A stretch of DNA of 64,000 nucleotides from the human T2T-CHM13v2.0 reference genome, Homo sapiens: the NCBI RefSeq assembly GCF_009914755.1, contig NC_060935.1. One strand, given 5' to 3'. This document shows, piece after piece, positions 25,961 to 39,050 of the stretch (positions are counted from its first letter, which is position 1; each line of letters begins with the position of its first letter). The notes under the pieces are model-generated. The model saw nothing but the letters and a program-made list of their open reading frames with translations. It ran no database searches and was not told the DNA's origin. A program made the position numbers and the translations under genes.

Positions 25961-26040
25961 TTAGGGTTGTTACAAAAGTAATTACGGTTTTACTACTACT
26001 TTTCATGGCTGAAGCCACAATTACTTTTGTACCAGCCTAA
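25961..26040. mobile_element. MADE1 (Hsmar1-derived 80-bp MITE), TA TSD
   Basis: TTAGGGTTGTTACAAAAGTAATTACGG...CCACAATTACTTTTGTACCAGCCTAA flanked by TA. Confidence 0.9.
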
Positions 26041-26906
26041 TAAGTATAGAACTACCATATCATCCAACAATCCCACTGCTGCGTATATATCCAAAAGCAA
26101 GGAAATCAGAGTATTGAAGGGACATCTGTACTCTCATGTTTACTGTTGCAGCACTATTCACGCTATCCAAAATATGGAATTAACCTAAGTGTCTATCAAC
26201 AGATAAATAGATAGTGAAAATATGGTATATATACAAAATAGAACATTATTCATCCATACCAAGAATAAGATCTTTTCATTTGCAGCAACATGCATAGAAC
26301 TGGGTCATTATGTTAAATGAAATAAAACAGGCATAGAAAGACAAATATTACATGTTCTTACCTACATGTTGGAGCTAAAATAAAAAAAAACTATCTCACG
26401 GAGGTAGTGAGTAGAATGACATTTACCAGGGGCTGGGGAGAAAAGAGGAGAATGGGTATGAAAAGCTGGCTACTTCAAAAATACAGTTAGAAATAATAAA
26501 TAAGTTATTCTATTCAATATAGTACAGTACAGTAGGGTAATTATAGTTAACAAAAATCTCTTCTATATTTCAAAATAATAGAAGAGAATAATTGTAGTTC
26601 TCCCAACACAAAGAAAAGATTAATGTTTGAGATGATGGATATCCCAATTATACTGATTTGATAATTCCACATTGTATACCTGTATCAAAATATCACACAT
26701 ATTCTATAAACTAGGATATATCAACAAAAAATAAAAAAATCAGGAAGAGAAAAAAATTGCTAAGAGGGTAAATCTTAGTTAAGTATTCCTGTTACAAAAA
26801 CATTATTATAATAATAAATAAGAGTGTGAAGAAACTTTTGGAGGTAATGATTAAGTTTATGGCATTGATTGTGGTGATGGGTTCACACAATCCCTAAGCT
26901 CATTAG

Positions 26907-27240
<334 letters not shown>

Positions 27241-27334
27241 TATATAGCATTTTTAATGTAAATAAATAAATAAAGTGATATAATGGAATATTTAATTTAG
27301 GCCAATTTTCACAAAAAGTATTAAGAACCTTAAG

Positions 27335-27450
27335 AGTGAGTTTTATCCATTGATTACAAAAATGGAAAAAAAACTAAGCTGTCTTGCCCAAAGTGTCACC
27401 TGGTAATCCAAAACAATTTAACCCAGAACTTCTGCTCCCAGGCACTTTTG
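27335..27450 (-). mobile_element. MIR fragment
   Basis: AAACTAAG..CTTGCCCAAAG..TCAC..ATTTAACCCAG..CTGCTCC. Confidence 0.5.
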
Positions 27451-28466
27451 GTTGATTACTAGATGTTTGTCAGTATTTTCTTTCCATAGGATCAACTTAA
27501 AATAAAGTAATGACGACTAAAGAGAATTGCCTACTTACTTTGCTAAAATCTAAAATATAATGCCATTTAGCTTCCCTGGTGTCCTGGGAACATTCCCAAC
27601 TGTTTCTTTGCATTTCTGCTTGCCTCAAGCAATATATTCTTAGGTGCAACAGTTTTGTATCAATTAACTGTGAAATAATATGAATAAGTTTAACATGATA
27701 TTGTCCGAGGGAAATATAAATTGTATAAGTTACCAGGAAAATATAGGTAGAAGTCTGTTTAATGGTATAAAATAAAGCCAATGGTTTCTATTTTACCAAT
27801 AGTATCACATCTCATTTCTGAAGTGTTTTCCTGAGGGGAGATAAAGTGTATCATGATACCTAATAATGTCTGAATAATATGAAAGACTTGGAGACATGGG
27901 TGTGAATATTGCTCCTTAAAGTCTCATGGGGAATTAGGGGAGCATCGGCAAGTTTCCCATGGCCCTCTGGGAGAAATACAGTGTTTTGATAAAGGAGAGA
28001 GGGCACAAAGAAGTCTGGACTCAGAAGAAGGACAATAGAATGCACGAACCTTGTGAGTAAAGTGAGGGTTGAGGCTGAAGCAAAGAACCTGAACAAAACT
28101 GCAGAGAGCTGATAAGCAAACACACAGGAGAAAGATATTAATACACTAAACCTAGATCAGAAGGGGTATGCATGAGAATTCTAAGAGGCTATATTTAAAC
28201 ATGAAGTGATTGAATTCCTTAAACTCTAAGGGGGACTGAAGATCCAAGCTAATTTCAATCAAAGCTATTTGATCATTCATTTTGTAAACAAAAACTATGA
28301 ACTGGTCACACTAGCAACATAAAATTCTTCTAAAATTATATTTTTGTTGCAAATGAGAAGAAATTATAGAGAACCAAAGTCAAAAATATGACTCGAACCT
28401 GGTACTTGTTTCAGTAAACATAGTGGTCTGGGAATGAAAATGCAAACAGGGTAGGAGTCAAGAAAA

Positions 28467-28467
<1 letters not shown>

Positions 28468-28516
<49 letters not shown>
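28468..28516. repeat. Pure (CA)24 microsatellite
   Basis: Read directly. Confidence 0.97.
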
Positions 28517-28518
<2 letters not shown>

Positions 28519-29649
28519 CTTGAGCATACTGAGGAAATCTGCATCTGAGCCTCATGATGGAATGAAGCAATAAGAATCTTTTTTGAAAAAAATTGAACAA
28601 TGCAGTTCAAGGTCATAATGTTCTAAAGCTGGTTATTAGTAGACTATGTGATGGGTGTACTGACATGTATTGAGTGTCCACTCTGCTCTAGGTATTTGTT
28701 CTGGTTGAAACTGTTTTGATTTCCACTAACAGAAACGAATTGAACTTGCTTACAGAAAAATGGAATATTTACTGGAGAGTATGGGATATTTTGAAGAAAT
28801 AAGAATTGCTATATTTAACTATTAATAGAAATCAGCAGCTTCAAAAGCATCAGGAACTCTCACATTGTTACTTCTCCACTTCTATGCTCTTTATGTTTCT
28901 AGGACTGCTTCATTATTGCTATCTCTCTTTTTACATATATACATATATTTCTATATGTATATATATATACATTTTATATATATAGTTTTTCTTTTCCATA
29001 CACACAATACAAAAATTGACATCTCCCTGTATCCGTCATACAGTATCTTGGAGTCCCAGGTTCCAAACACAGGGAGATTTGGGCCATTTGTCCATCAGTC
29101 TCCATTCAGATGTTGCCATGGGTTGTAGGTTCATGAATTTCAGGATCTTCCCATTGCGGGGAAGTCTTCAGAGAAAGCGTGTCACTGTTAGCTCAGCAAA
29201 TACTTTAAGAGATGTCAGTTGCAGCCTGGTGCTGGCTAGCTGTTGTTTGTTTTCCTGGTCAATCCTTTTGACAGTATTTCAGAGGAAGAAGTTGGGAAGC
29301 TTAATCAGAATGGTTTATGTACTTTGCCAAGGGTCACACAGGTGATTGACAAATAAGGAATTTGAATCCAATTTGCCATAAGTTTACAATAAAACATGTG
29401 AGACTCAATTTGAGAACCCCTCAGTTTGATCTTTGAAAAGAAATAGATATATAGAGATGGATATATATGTGTTTGTGTGTGTGTGTATTCAGAGAGTGAA
29501 AAAGAGTGTGTGTGTGCACGAGAGACAGTGAGAGAGAAAGAGAGAGAAGGGAAGGGGAGAGCAGGGGTGGGAAGGGGAGGCAAGAAGAGAAACAGTATCA
29601 CTAATAGGCTATTCATCAAATAGCTGCACGGATATGAATCTATGTGACT

Positions 29650-30198
29650 ATGAGGGACTTTAAGTTCCTGTAAGCTTGACTGAGCTTTACATAGGGATTT
29701 CCCTAACTGTAGGATATTAACCTCCCTTTTGTAACATCATGTACTTTAGAAAACTTAAAATTCTACATTCTTTCTCTGTTCCCCATGAGATGTAAGTCTT
29801 TCAAAAAGTTTCTGGTAGGTTTTACAGCCCAGGGATATCTTTCTTAATAAAAGACCTGGGAGCTGTTCCTTTAAAATATGTTCATCAAGGAAGATAGATA
29901 GCACCTTTATCTCCTAGTCTTTCTAGGAGAGTAGGAGCCTAACTTTGATGGGCACTTCTCTCAAGTTGTAAAACTATCTCCTGCTGTGAAGATATGTGAA
30001 AGTTTAATTTTCCTTTAGGTAAAGTCAGCTAGTAAACATAGATGACAATGATCCTCTCATCCCAGCTCATACAAATTTTCTCTTTATTTCAGCAGAGTTG
30101 AGCTCAGACCAAGTCTGGTATCACTCCCCTCTTGCAAAAGCCTTAAATGAAGCCTTCTTTTCCTATTTACTTTGTCCAGTGCAAGTTTTTCTTTAACA
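29650..30198 (+). mobile_element. ERV1 solo LTR, MER31/MER67 group
   Basis: GACCTGGGAGC..CATCAAGGAAGATAG..GTAGGAGCCTAACTT..GAGTTGAG..CCAGTGCAAGTTTTTCTTTAACA end. Confidence 0.65.
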
Positions 30199-32059
30199 TA
30201 TCAATTCTATCCTTATTCAATAGTTTCTAAATGCGCAATTGTTAATTATGTCTTTGTATTGCTGGTGAATATTGTAGGAAAACCAATAAACATTGCATTT
30301 TTTCATAACAGAAATGCTCAGTTTCTGTTTCAGTTCAGGAGACAGAATAATGCTATGTTTAGCCAGAATTCAGTTTTACCTTCTTCTTACCTTGGGCATC
30401 TGTTTTGACGAAATTGTGTAAAGACAAATGGCACCATAGACATATGGTAGCCATATTCTCTAAGATTCACTGACAACTATTTGTTTCTATCAAAGTGATG
30501 CATTGTTGTATTTTAGGGAATCACATTTCCTATGGGCTTGTACAACATATAATTTGAGTGGCTTTACAAGGCATGAAAGATGCTCAATATTGTTAAGTTT
30601 AAATTTAGGGAGAGTAAATTTTACAGATGTCTGTGTGGCTATTTATAAATAGGACAAGTCCCTAGACCTGCTTTTAAGCTCTCAGAACCCTACTCTTACT
30701 CAGCCAAATATAAACTATATATGACAAGATTCTACAGATATGACTAAAATGTTAACTTCATATGTAATACATGTCATTGGCAATCTCCTTGGTTCAGTAT
30801 AAATAAAATGTTATGTTGAAATCAGTTTAGAATAAAAGATGTCATCCATAAATAACAGTGATCAACAATCAAAACAAGGGAAGATGTTAATAATGTACAA
30901 TTCTTCATCTCTGTGTCCTGAAATATGTAGTTAATTTAAATAGATTGCCTACTCTGGTGAAAGAAACTAGATCTACCATTGAATATTCTAAAACAGCCAA
31001 GAGGTCAGCTTTGACCTTAGAACATTAAGGTCTGTTAGTTGCAAATAATAATATTTGATGATTATCATATCAATTATCCAAAATATAACCAATGTTTCTT
31101 AAATGGGAAGAATATGAATTTATCATGTATTACAGTTATGGACTAGAGGATATGGCTAGGAAAGCTATTAATACTTGCAATAACATCTCTTTGGATTTAT
31201 ATATTTAATAAGAGAAAGAAAACCACCGTCACACAACTTGGACTTTCTGAGGGACAAATTAAACACTGTTCCCAAAAATAATGTGATAACTGAGATGGCT
31301 TTAAGTGTAACGTGACAGTTGAGTTTGAATGAAGACATTTTCAAGAAGAAAAATTAACAGGATTATCATTTTAATAGACCTATGGAATTTTTGCTTGGAA
31401 ACGAGAGATCCTAAGATAGAGGAGGATCTAACTGCATTCTCGCTAAAGAGGAAAAACGAGACAGGGCAGTGCATGACTACGAATATGTGTAGTAAACGGT
31501 CATGCATAAATTAGTGGTTTTTGCAATGTACAGTTTTGGTGGCAACCACAGAATAACAGTTTTATTTGAACTAGTGAAAAGAAAGCAGAAAGCAAAATAA
31601 GAAAGTTGAGCCAATATACATAATAACATTATGAATAGGAAAGGATGAGAATCACAGATTCTTCAGTGGCAATTTCAAGAACATAGGAAATCAAGAGGTA
31701 TAGACAAGGCAGCAAGGCAGCAAAAGGCCTGGAACATGAAGGTGGCTCCCAATACCTTCCCTCCAATATCATGCATGTTCCTCAATATGATGAAAATGCT
31801 AAGTGATATTTTCAGGTTATCTCATACAGTGTAGAGCATTCGAATTACGGAAGATCTTACTTTTTGTTTCCTGAGAGATGTATAATTTACAAGACACTCT
31901 CCAGTGTATGCCTCATAGACTCTGAGTTTCTTTTCCATAAGTAATGCATTAGTCAGAAGTATCTTCCTAAGAGCGTTCAATAAAGTCTATTTCTCCTAGT
32001 AAATTCCATTAGTCCATTTACCCAGAGATTGTCTCCACAAAGACATTGGACTTGGTCTC

Positions 32060-32625
32060 TGTGATGGTTAATTTTAGATGTTGTCTGTGCTAAAGTAAGG
32101 GATACGCAGGTAGCTGGTAAACGTTATTTCTGGGTATTACTTGAGATTGTTTCTGGAAGACACTGACGTTTTAATCAGTGAAATGAATAAAGAAGATCTG
32201 CCCTCACCCAGTGTGGGTGGGCACCACTGAATTCGCTGAGGGTTCAGATAGGCCAGAAAGGTAAAGGAAAAGCGAATTCACTCTCTCTTCTAGAGCAGGG
32301 ACAACCATCTTTACCTGCTCTTGGACATCAGAACTCCAGGTTCTGAGGCATTTTGACCTTAGAATTTGCACCAGCAACTCCATGTTTCTCAGACCTTTGG
32401 CCTCAGACTGAAAGTTACATCATATGACCTCTTGATTCTCAGGGATTTGGACTTGGACTGAACTACACCGTCAGCTTTCCTGGCCCTCCAGCTTGCAGAT
32501 GGCATACCACGGGACTTCTCAGCCTCCATAACCATGTGAGCCAATTCTTACAGCAAATCATCTTTCATATATCTCTAATATATATCCTATTGGATCTATT
32601 TCTCAGAAGAACCTCCACTAATGCA
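32060..32625 (+). mobile_element. MLT2B-type (HERV-L) solo LTR
   Basis: TGTGATGGTTAATTTT start; CTTGGACATCAGAACTCCAGG; CCTATTGG..GAACC..ACTAATGCA end. Near-TSD GTCTC/GTCAC. Confidence 0.88.
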
Positions 32626-33313
32626 GTCACTTTCCTTTTATAGTTTCATCTGAGGGCATAACCTGGGAAAAAAAGAGTATATGGATTGCCAGCTAGCTGT
32701 CTTAATTTCTTCCCCAGGAAAGAAGAAAGAGGAAAGACCAAGTGAAAAAAAACTATATGCATCTGGCTGGATGGGTTTATCGGAAATGAAAATGAATTCA
32801 GAAGCCAAAGTAACATTTGTTAAGTGTTTTCACCGGAAGCCAAGAACTGAACCAAATATAGATAACCAGAGACATGGGTAGGTTGAGCTGGTATGTAGAG
32901 GAAAGAATATAGGCCAGATTTTTAAAGATTTTTATGAATATTTAACATAGCATTTAAATGTATTGAAGTGAAGTGAATTTAAGCTCAAAATAAAGTTCTT
33001 GGACAGAAAGTTTCGGAGGCATACCTTGGCAATTTTCATTTCTAACACTTACCCTGACAATTATTATGGGCATTAAGATTTGAGACCTCTAAGCAAAGGT
33101 TAATGGAAATAGGGAGAAAGACGTTTCTTCAGGAGGAAAATGTCATGAATTAAAAAGAATATTCCGTTTGCTATCTTTAAGTCAATATGGAAAAGGGGAA
33201 AAAAGAAACAGCGAAACCGTTAAGGAGGTTCTGTGTACAGCTCAGATAAGGTCGATGGCTTGAACTAGAGCCATTACTACAGAAATGGGTGGGAAAACAC
33301 AGGTGCAAGATAT

Positions 33314-33433
33314 ATTTTAGAACTTTATTCTTTAGGATTTCATACATAATTTGGTTCAACAATGAAAGATAAATTTTAGAACTTTATTCTTTAGGATTTC
33401 ATACATAATTTGGTTCAACAATGAAAGATAAAT
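33314..33433. repeat. Perfect 59-bp tandem duplication
   Basis: Identical copies at 33314-33372 and 33373-33431. Confidence 0.95.
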
Positions 33434-33449
33434 ATGAAGAGGCATCACA

Positions 33450-33620
33450 TCAAGGGGTCTGGTTTTAGAATAATTTGAGCAGAGTTTCTGGCTCATACAT
33501 TTCTTAATTGTATGACCTTGGACAAGTTATGTGCTTTTCTAAGTCTTTGGATTCCTCATCAAAAAAAAAGAGATAATTAAAATGACTAAGGATTTATTGT
33601 GTTATTAAATGAATCATAAG
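33450..33620 (+). mobile_element. MIR
   Basis: TGTATGACCTTGGACAAGTTA..TCTAAGTCTT..TTCCTCATC core. Confidence 0.65.
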
Positions 33621-34538
33621 ATTATAGCCAATACTAATTCATTTAAATACATGCTAAAATTGATAAAGAAATTTGAATGGACTTGTTAATTATAATGTTA
33701 GATAATGTGGCTAGTCACATGTTACTGAATTGTATTGGAAAAAAAATGACCATAGAACAATGAGTTACATAAGAAAGAAAATTGTGTGATGCTTGAAATC
33801 CAAGTATTATTCTGCAGTCAAATCACAGAGTCTGAGAGTTAGTTACGTATTAACACAGCAGACTGGCTGGTTTGAATTTATCAGGATACCATTCCTGGCT
33901 TTTAAAAATATGGATTGTGCTTGCAAAAGCATTCAGCAAATTGAGTCGTCATTGCTCAGAATTCAGCTGATTTAGAATGAAAATACTCAATTATAGATCA
34001 GATATAAAAATGCAGATGCATTCATAAATGAACATTAAACACACTGGACTGGCAACAAAAATCCATTCAAAATAATTTTCCTAATCAACATGTTCTTGAG
34101 TTAAGATAATTTGACTTTATAGCCTACGTGAGTATTGTGTTAGTAAAAATCCTAACATAATCATCCAAATCTGTAGGTTATAAATTTTAAAAATCACATT
34201 TTATAAAAGACATCGACATGCATTTTCACAATGTCCTCCACTGAAAATAAAATCTCCGTAGAATAAATAATATAAAACAACTGATTTCTGCTGAGAGAGA
34301 ACTGTCCTCCTGGTGGAGGTGCTGGGTCACATTACTGATGACCATCAGTCATCGACACACAGGACAAGTTTCAATCTTTGTTAGTGTTGATTTCTTCTTC
34401 AATAAAATGAAGATGCATTCCAAAGAGTTTATAAGGTAGATAATACATTTCACCTTCTTAGCACATGTCAGAGCCATTATTTACCCCTGTGTTGTCTTCA
34501 TGTTAATAAAAACACATAATCTTCCTCAAAGCATCTTA

Positions 34539-34888
<350 letters not shown>

Positions 34889-36175
34889 TTAAGTAAATAT
34901 AATGTCAACAGAGTGCCAGTGTTGCGCAGCACATTACACGCTCAATTATAGGCAGCAGCACTAAGTTATCACAAAGTGCTAAGTGCATCATTGTTATAAT
35001 TATTCCCAATCATAAAAGCCATATAAGAACGGCAGATGGCTGGGACACTAGAGTTTCTCATTGGCTGGTGCGAATGAGAGTAATGTGTGTCTCCCTGAGT
35101 CTCCACACCCCATCACCGCTTCTGACTTGATCAATTTTTCTATTTTCATCTTGCCAGTCAGGAAATGAGAGCAAGAAACCACAGCTCTGCCCATTTTACT
35201 TCATCTGCCAGGAAACCGTGAGGTTGGTTTCCATTATGGAGTTCTAACTATCAGACTCTCCATGGAGAGGATATTGAAATCACCTTCTGACTTCTCACAT
35301 CACCTTCCAGGGCTTCCTTTCTGATTTTATCCCTAATAGCACTTTTTATCCCCATTGAGTTTGTCTTGTAAACTGCTTCAAAACATTTCAATTTAAAGAA
35401 AATGGGATATTTATATAAACACAGTAATAAGTACAAATTTCATTTGAAACACATAATAAATATAAATTCTATTTGAAAATGGGCAATGTTTCATATTTTC
35501 TGGGATGGCTGAGCAAAGATACATTTTATGAATTGTGAGACTGCTGAGTGGAATACTGATGGGGTAGGGAGACAGTGTTCCTTATTCCAAGTCACTCCTG
35601 TACTTTCCAGAATTTGAGAACAAATGATAACAGAAGTGGTTTCTACTGATTTTTATTAAATGAATGTTGTTATTCTTGATGTGATCATATCTCTGCTTTT
35701 TAACTATGCCAACCAAAGTCATGCCTTTGACATAATACAAAATGCAGAGCTGAGAATTAAGTTGTTATTGTAACCTTTTTATTTTTCTTGACCATAAGAC
35801 CTATCTAGAACATAATTTGAGTATAGATATTTTCTCAGCATAACTTCAGATAGCCATATATATATGCACAAATTTAATTTGATTTTATTGTATTTTTTAA
35901 ATAAAGGAATCTACTTAAATGATTTTTGATTAAATAAAATGATTAATTCATTGCTTTGCCTCTTACTACCATGTTCCCACAGGATTTCTTACTAGTCTGT
36001 GATCAATATAATTAAAATTATTAATCAGCTTGATCTTCATGTCGCTGATAAGGACTATAATTATGTAGAATAGTTATGTTAGAAAACACAAAAGGAGTTT
36101 ACTACAAAGAATTTGGAAACTGCATTTTCAATATATGTTTTAATGTATTCAAATAAGATATTATTAAAGATATTA

Positions 36176-36255
36176 TTAGGTTCGTGCAAAAGTTTTTGCA
36201 GTTTTTGCTACTACTTTCAGTGGGAAAAACTGCAATAACTTTTGTACCAAAATAA
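36176..36255. mobile_element. MADE1 MITE, TA TSD
   Basis: TTAGGTTCGTGCAAAAGTTTTTGCAGTTTTT...AAAAACTGCAATAACTTTTGTACCAAAATAA. Confidence 0.88.
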
Positions 36256-36369
36256 TATTATAAAAATTATTTTCAATACAAATTGAAGGTATTACTTTAA
36301 AAGTAATTACTATGTGCCAGGAAATTATATACTTTTTAATATTAATAATCTAATGAAATAAGCATCATT

Positions 36370-36665
36370 GGCCGGGCAAGGTTGCTCATGCCTATAATCC
36401 CAGCACTTTGGGAGGCCAAGGCGGGCAGATCGCTTGAACTCAGGATTTGGAGACCAGCCTGGGAAACATGGCGAGACTACATCTCTACAAAAATGAAAAA
36501 AGTTAACCAGGTGCTGTGGCACATGCTTGTAGTCTCAGTTACTTGGGAGGCTGAGGTGGGAGGATTGCTTGAGCCTGTGAGGTCGAGGGTGCAGTGAGCC
36601 AACATTGTGCCTCCTGCACTCCAGCCTGGGCCCCAGAGCAAGACTCTGATTCGAAAAAAGAAAGA
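36370..36665 (+). mobile_element. AluJ inserted in a MIR
   Basis: GAGGTGGGAGGATTGCTTGAGCC..GAGGTCGAGG (Jb-like); AAGCATC on both flanks. Confidence 0.9.
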
Positions 36666-36669
36666 AGCA

Positions 36670-36818
36670 TCTTTCCATTTTCAACTTATAGATGAAGAAA
36701 CTAAGGCACAAAATAAAACAAGTAACTCTCCCAAAGTCCCCAGGCTTGTAGTGACAGCACCAGGATTCTAACCCCAGCCTCTCTAGCACAAAACTTTCTA
36801 TTCTTAACACCACGCTGT
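36670..36818 (-). mobile_element. MIR
   Basis: ATAGATGAAGAAACTAAGGCAC..AAGTAACT..CCCAAAGTC..CCAGGATTCTAACCC. Confidence 0.75.
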
Positions 36819-38889
36819 GTCATCCTGTAGGTAACACATTGTTAGCTTAAAAAGAACATCCATCCTCAAACTTATGTAAGCGGAACAAGAACTCTCAAGA
36901 GTGCAGGAGTTTCTATCTTCCATAACAGAAAGTTTCACTTAAATATTATTCCCATAATACCTTTTTAAATGAGAGAGATGAAGTTGTTTTAAGGGAAAAT
37001 GGACCACAAATCTCTTACACTAACATGATTATCTAAATTAACTTAGAATCAGAATATATTGGATGAGTGTGAAAGCACCACTCAGAGGCTTATCTACATT
37101 GCTTCACAAAACATTGAAATTCTGGGGATGGGGTGAGGTGCCTGAACCTCAGAAAGTGAGGAGGGAAAAGGGCACCTGCAGGTTGAGGAAGCCTGGCTGG
37201 TGACTGAAATGAAGTTCCCTATGACAAGTCAGTTAAGGTGGCACTTCTCACCTACATTAGAAAAATGTAATAAAAGGCAGATAAATAGCCACTCTTTGCA
37301 AAAAATAAGCTGACTGACCAGCCTCTGGAGGCACCAGAATATCACTCCCAAAAGGAGATAGAAACTTAAGTATTTATCACTAAAACCACCAGAAGGGAAT
37401 ATTTGACTCAATAGCATATAAAATCACCAGAAAGCACTATATGAATAATTGAATTTGTTCTGTAGAATTAGAATGAACACATTTTACAATATTATGTAGA
37501 TGGACCCTAAATTTTGAAAACAACACTGAGTTCTAACATGATAATCAATCCCCAGGTCCCTCTTGAAACATAAGTGGTGAGTCTAGTGTGTAGGTATACA
37601 GAAGAAAACAGCATGGAACTCACCCTACCCAGACTTCTTTTCTCTAACTTAACCTCATTCTGTGCTACCTATGGATGATCTTCTGACTCTTGTATATTTT
37701 GTGTGAAAGTAGGTATTGAGGGGGGCTGGTGTCCTGGGGATTTTATGCTAATTATAAAGAAATCTTTGTGTCTGGGTCTATAGCAGCACAAGCAGCATCT
37801 TCGTCAGGTACTTATATTGCTTTCTCTATCCTGATTCCAAATATTGCGTTTATGCAGGGCTGAAATTTAGGAGTTTCTTTTCTTCAAAAATATTTGTTAA
37901 GTGCTCTCTGCACCAACTTCTTTGAAGCTTAGCAGTATTCATGCAAATTTTTAGCACCATTATAGGTAAATATAATAATCTTTTCATGGAGGTTTTACTA
38001 TACAGAATTAACTGACTTAATTGCTATCAAGATCTCCCACTGCAATCAGATATTGCTCTATGAAAATAATTACAATAATAATCATTATTAAAATGATCAT
38101 GACAATTATATAATCTGTAAATTGCTTTAAAGCATTTTAATGTAGTCAGTACAATATTTCTAAGTGTGTTAATTGGTTCTGATCTCTATGTTAGCAGCAG
38201 TTAGCTGACAGATAACCTCTTTAATCATTTGTACTATGAGGACATTCAACTATGGCTTATAAGGTCTTCCCTAGAACGTTTGGCAATTGCTGTAGATATG
38301 ATAGCAGTACTTTAAAAAAAAAAATTGGTGCTATTAGTGGTATAAAGTTTGCTGTGTACATAGAAATAGCACACATTTTGTGTTCTTATATAACTAAAAT
38401 ATAAGAAGAACATATATTGTGTTCTTATATAGCCAAGGATATAAGAATCAGGTGAGTTTAGCAGCTTATACCCTAAGAGTGGATCTTTTACCCAAGGGTT
38501 CAGATTAGGCCAGAAAATGAGATTCCCTCTCAATTTTACAAGAAGAGGTTGTATAAATACTTGTTCAGATGTGTGCTTTTTTTGCTAATAAATATTGTAT
38601 TTACAGCAGAATTTAAACTGAAATTTGAATTAATTAAAACAATTTTACCTAGTAATACGACTGTGGTCATATCTTCCGACCATCCTTCTATGCTGTTATA
38701 AAACTGTAATTATTATTTAATGTATTTATGACTTACCATGTGAGAGCAACTTCATGATACTTTATACAGTTGATCAGTTTGCATACAGCAACCAGTCATC
38801 TACTAGTCATTATAAGAAACCCATAATATCTACCACAAAGGACCTAAATCCTGTGAAGATCAAACTGACTTAAATCAGTTCACTATAAT

Positions 38890-39050
38890 AATAACAGTAA
38901 TAGGTAGCATCTGTTGAAGGCTTGCTATGAGTCAGATACTACTCTGAGTATGTTGTACGTATCATCACATTTAATTCTCACAACAAACCCAGAATTTAGA
39001 TACAATTTTACCCCTATATTTAGAAGGATAAGGTGAGTCAAGCCTACACA
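38890..39050 (-). mobile_element. MIR
   Basis: CATTTAATTCTCACAACAAACC..CCCTATATTTAG. Confidence 0.55.

Larger units (their letters stand above)
23742..26755 (+). mobile_element. L1MA-type LINE, ~3 kb of degenerate ORF2 plus 3' UTR
   Basis: TTCTATGAAGCCAGCATTACTCTGATAC (RT region), CTGAGCAAAAAGAACAAAGCTGG, and 3' end GATGGATATCCCAATTA..GTATCAAAATATCAC with an A-rich tail. Confidence 0.88.

Noticed and set aside
27490-27500. Strong acceptor-like TTTTCTTTCCATAG|G
   Set aside because: No convincing paired donor or reading frame; isolated splice motifs are common.
27860-28330. Purine-rich segment that might be an old LTR or processed pseudogene
   Set aside because: No family or protein similarity I can recognise, and no tail or TSD.
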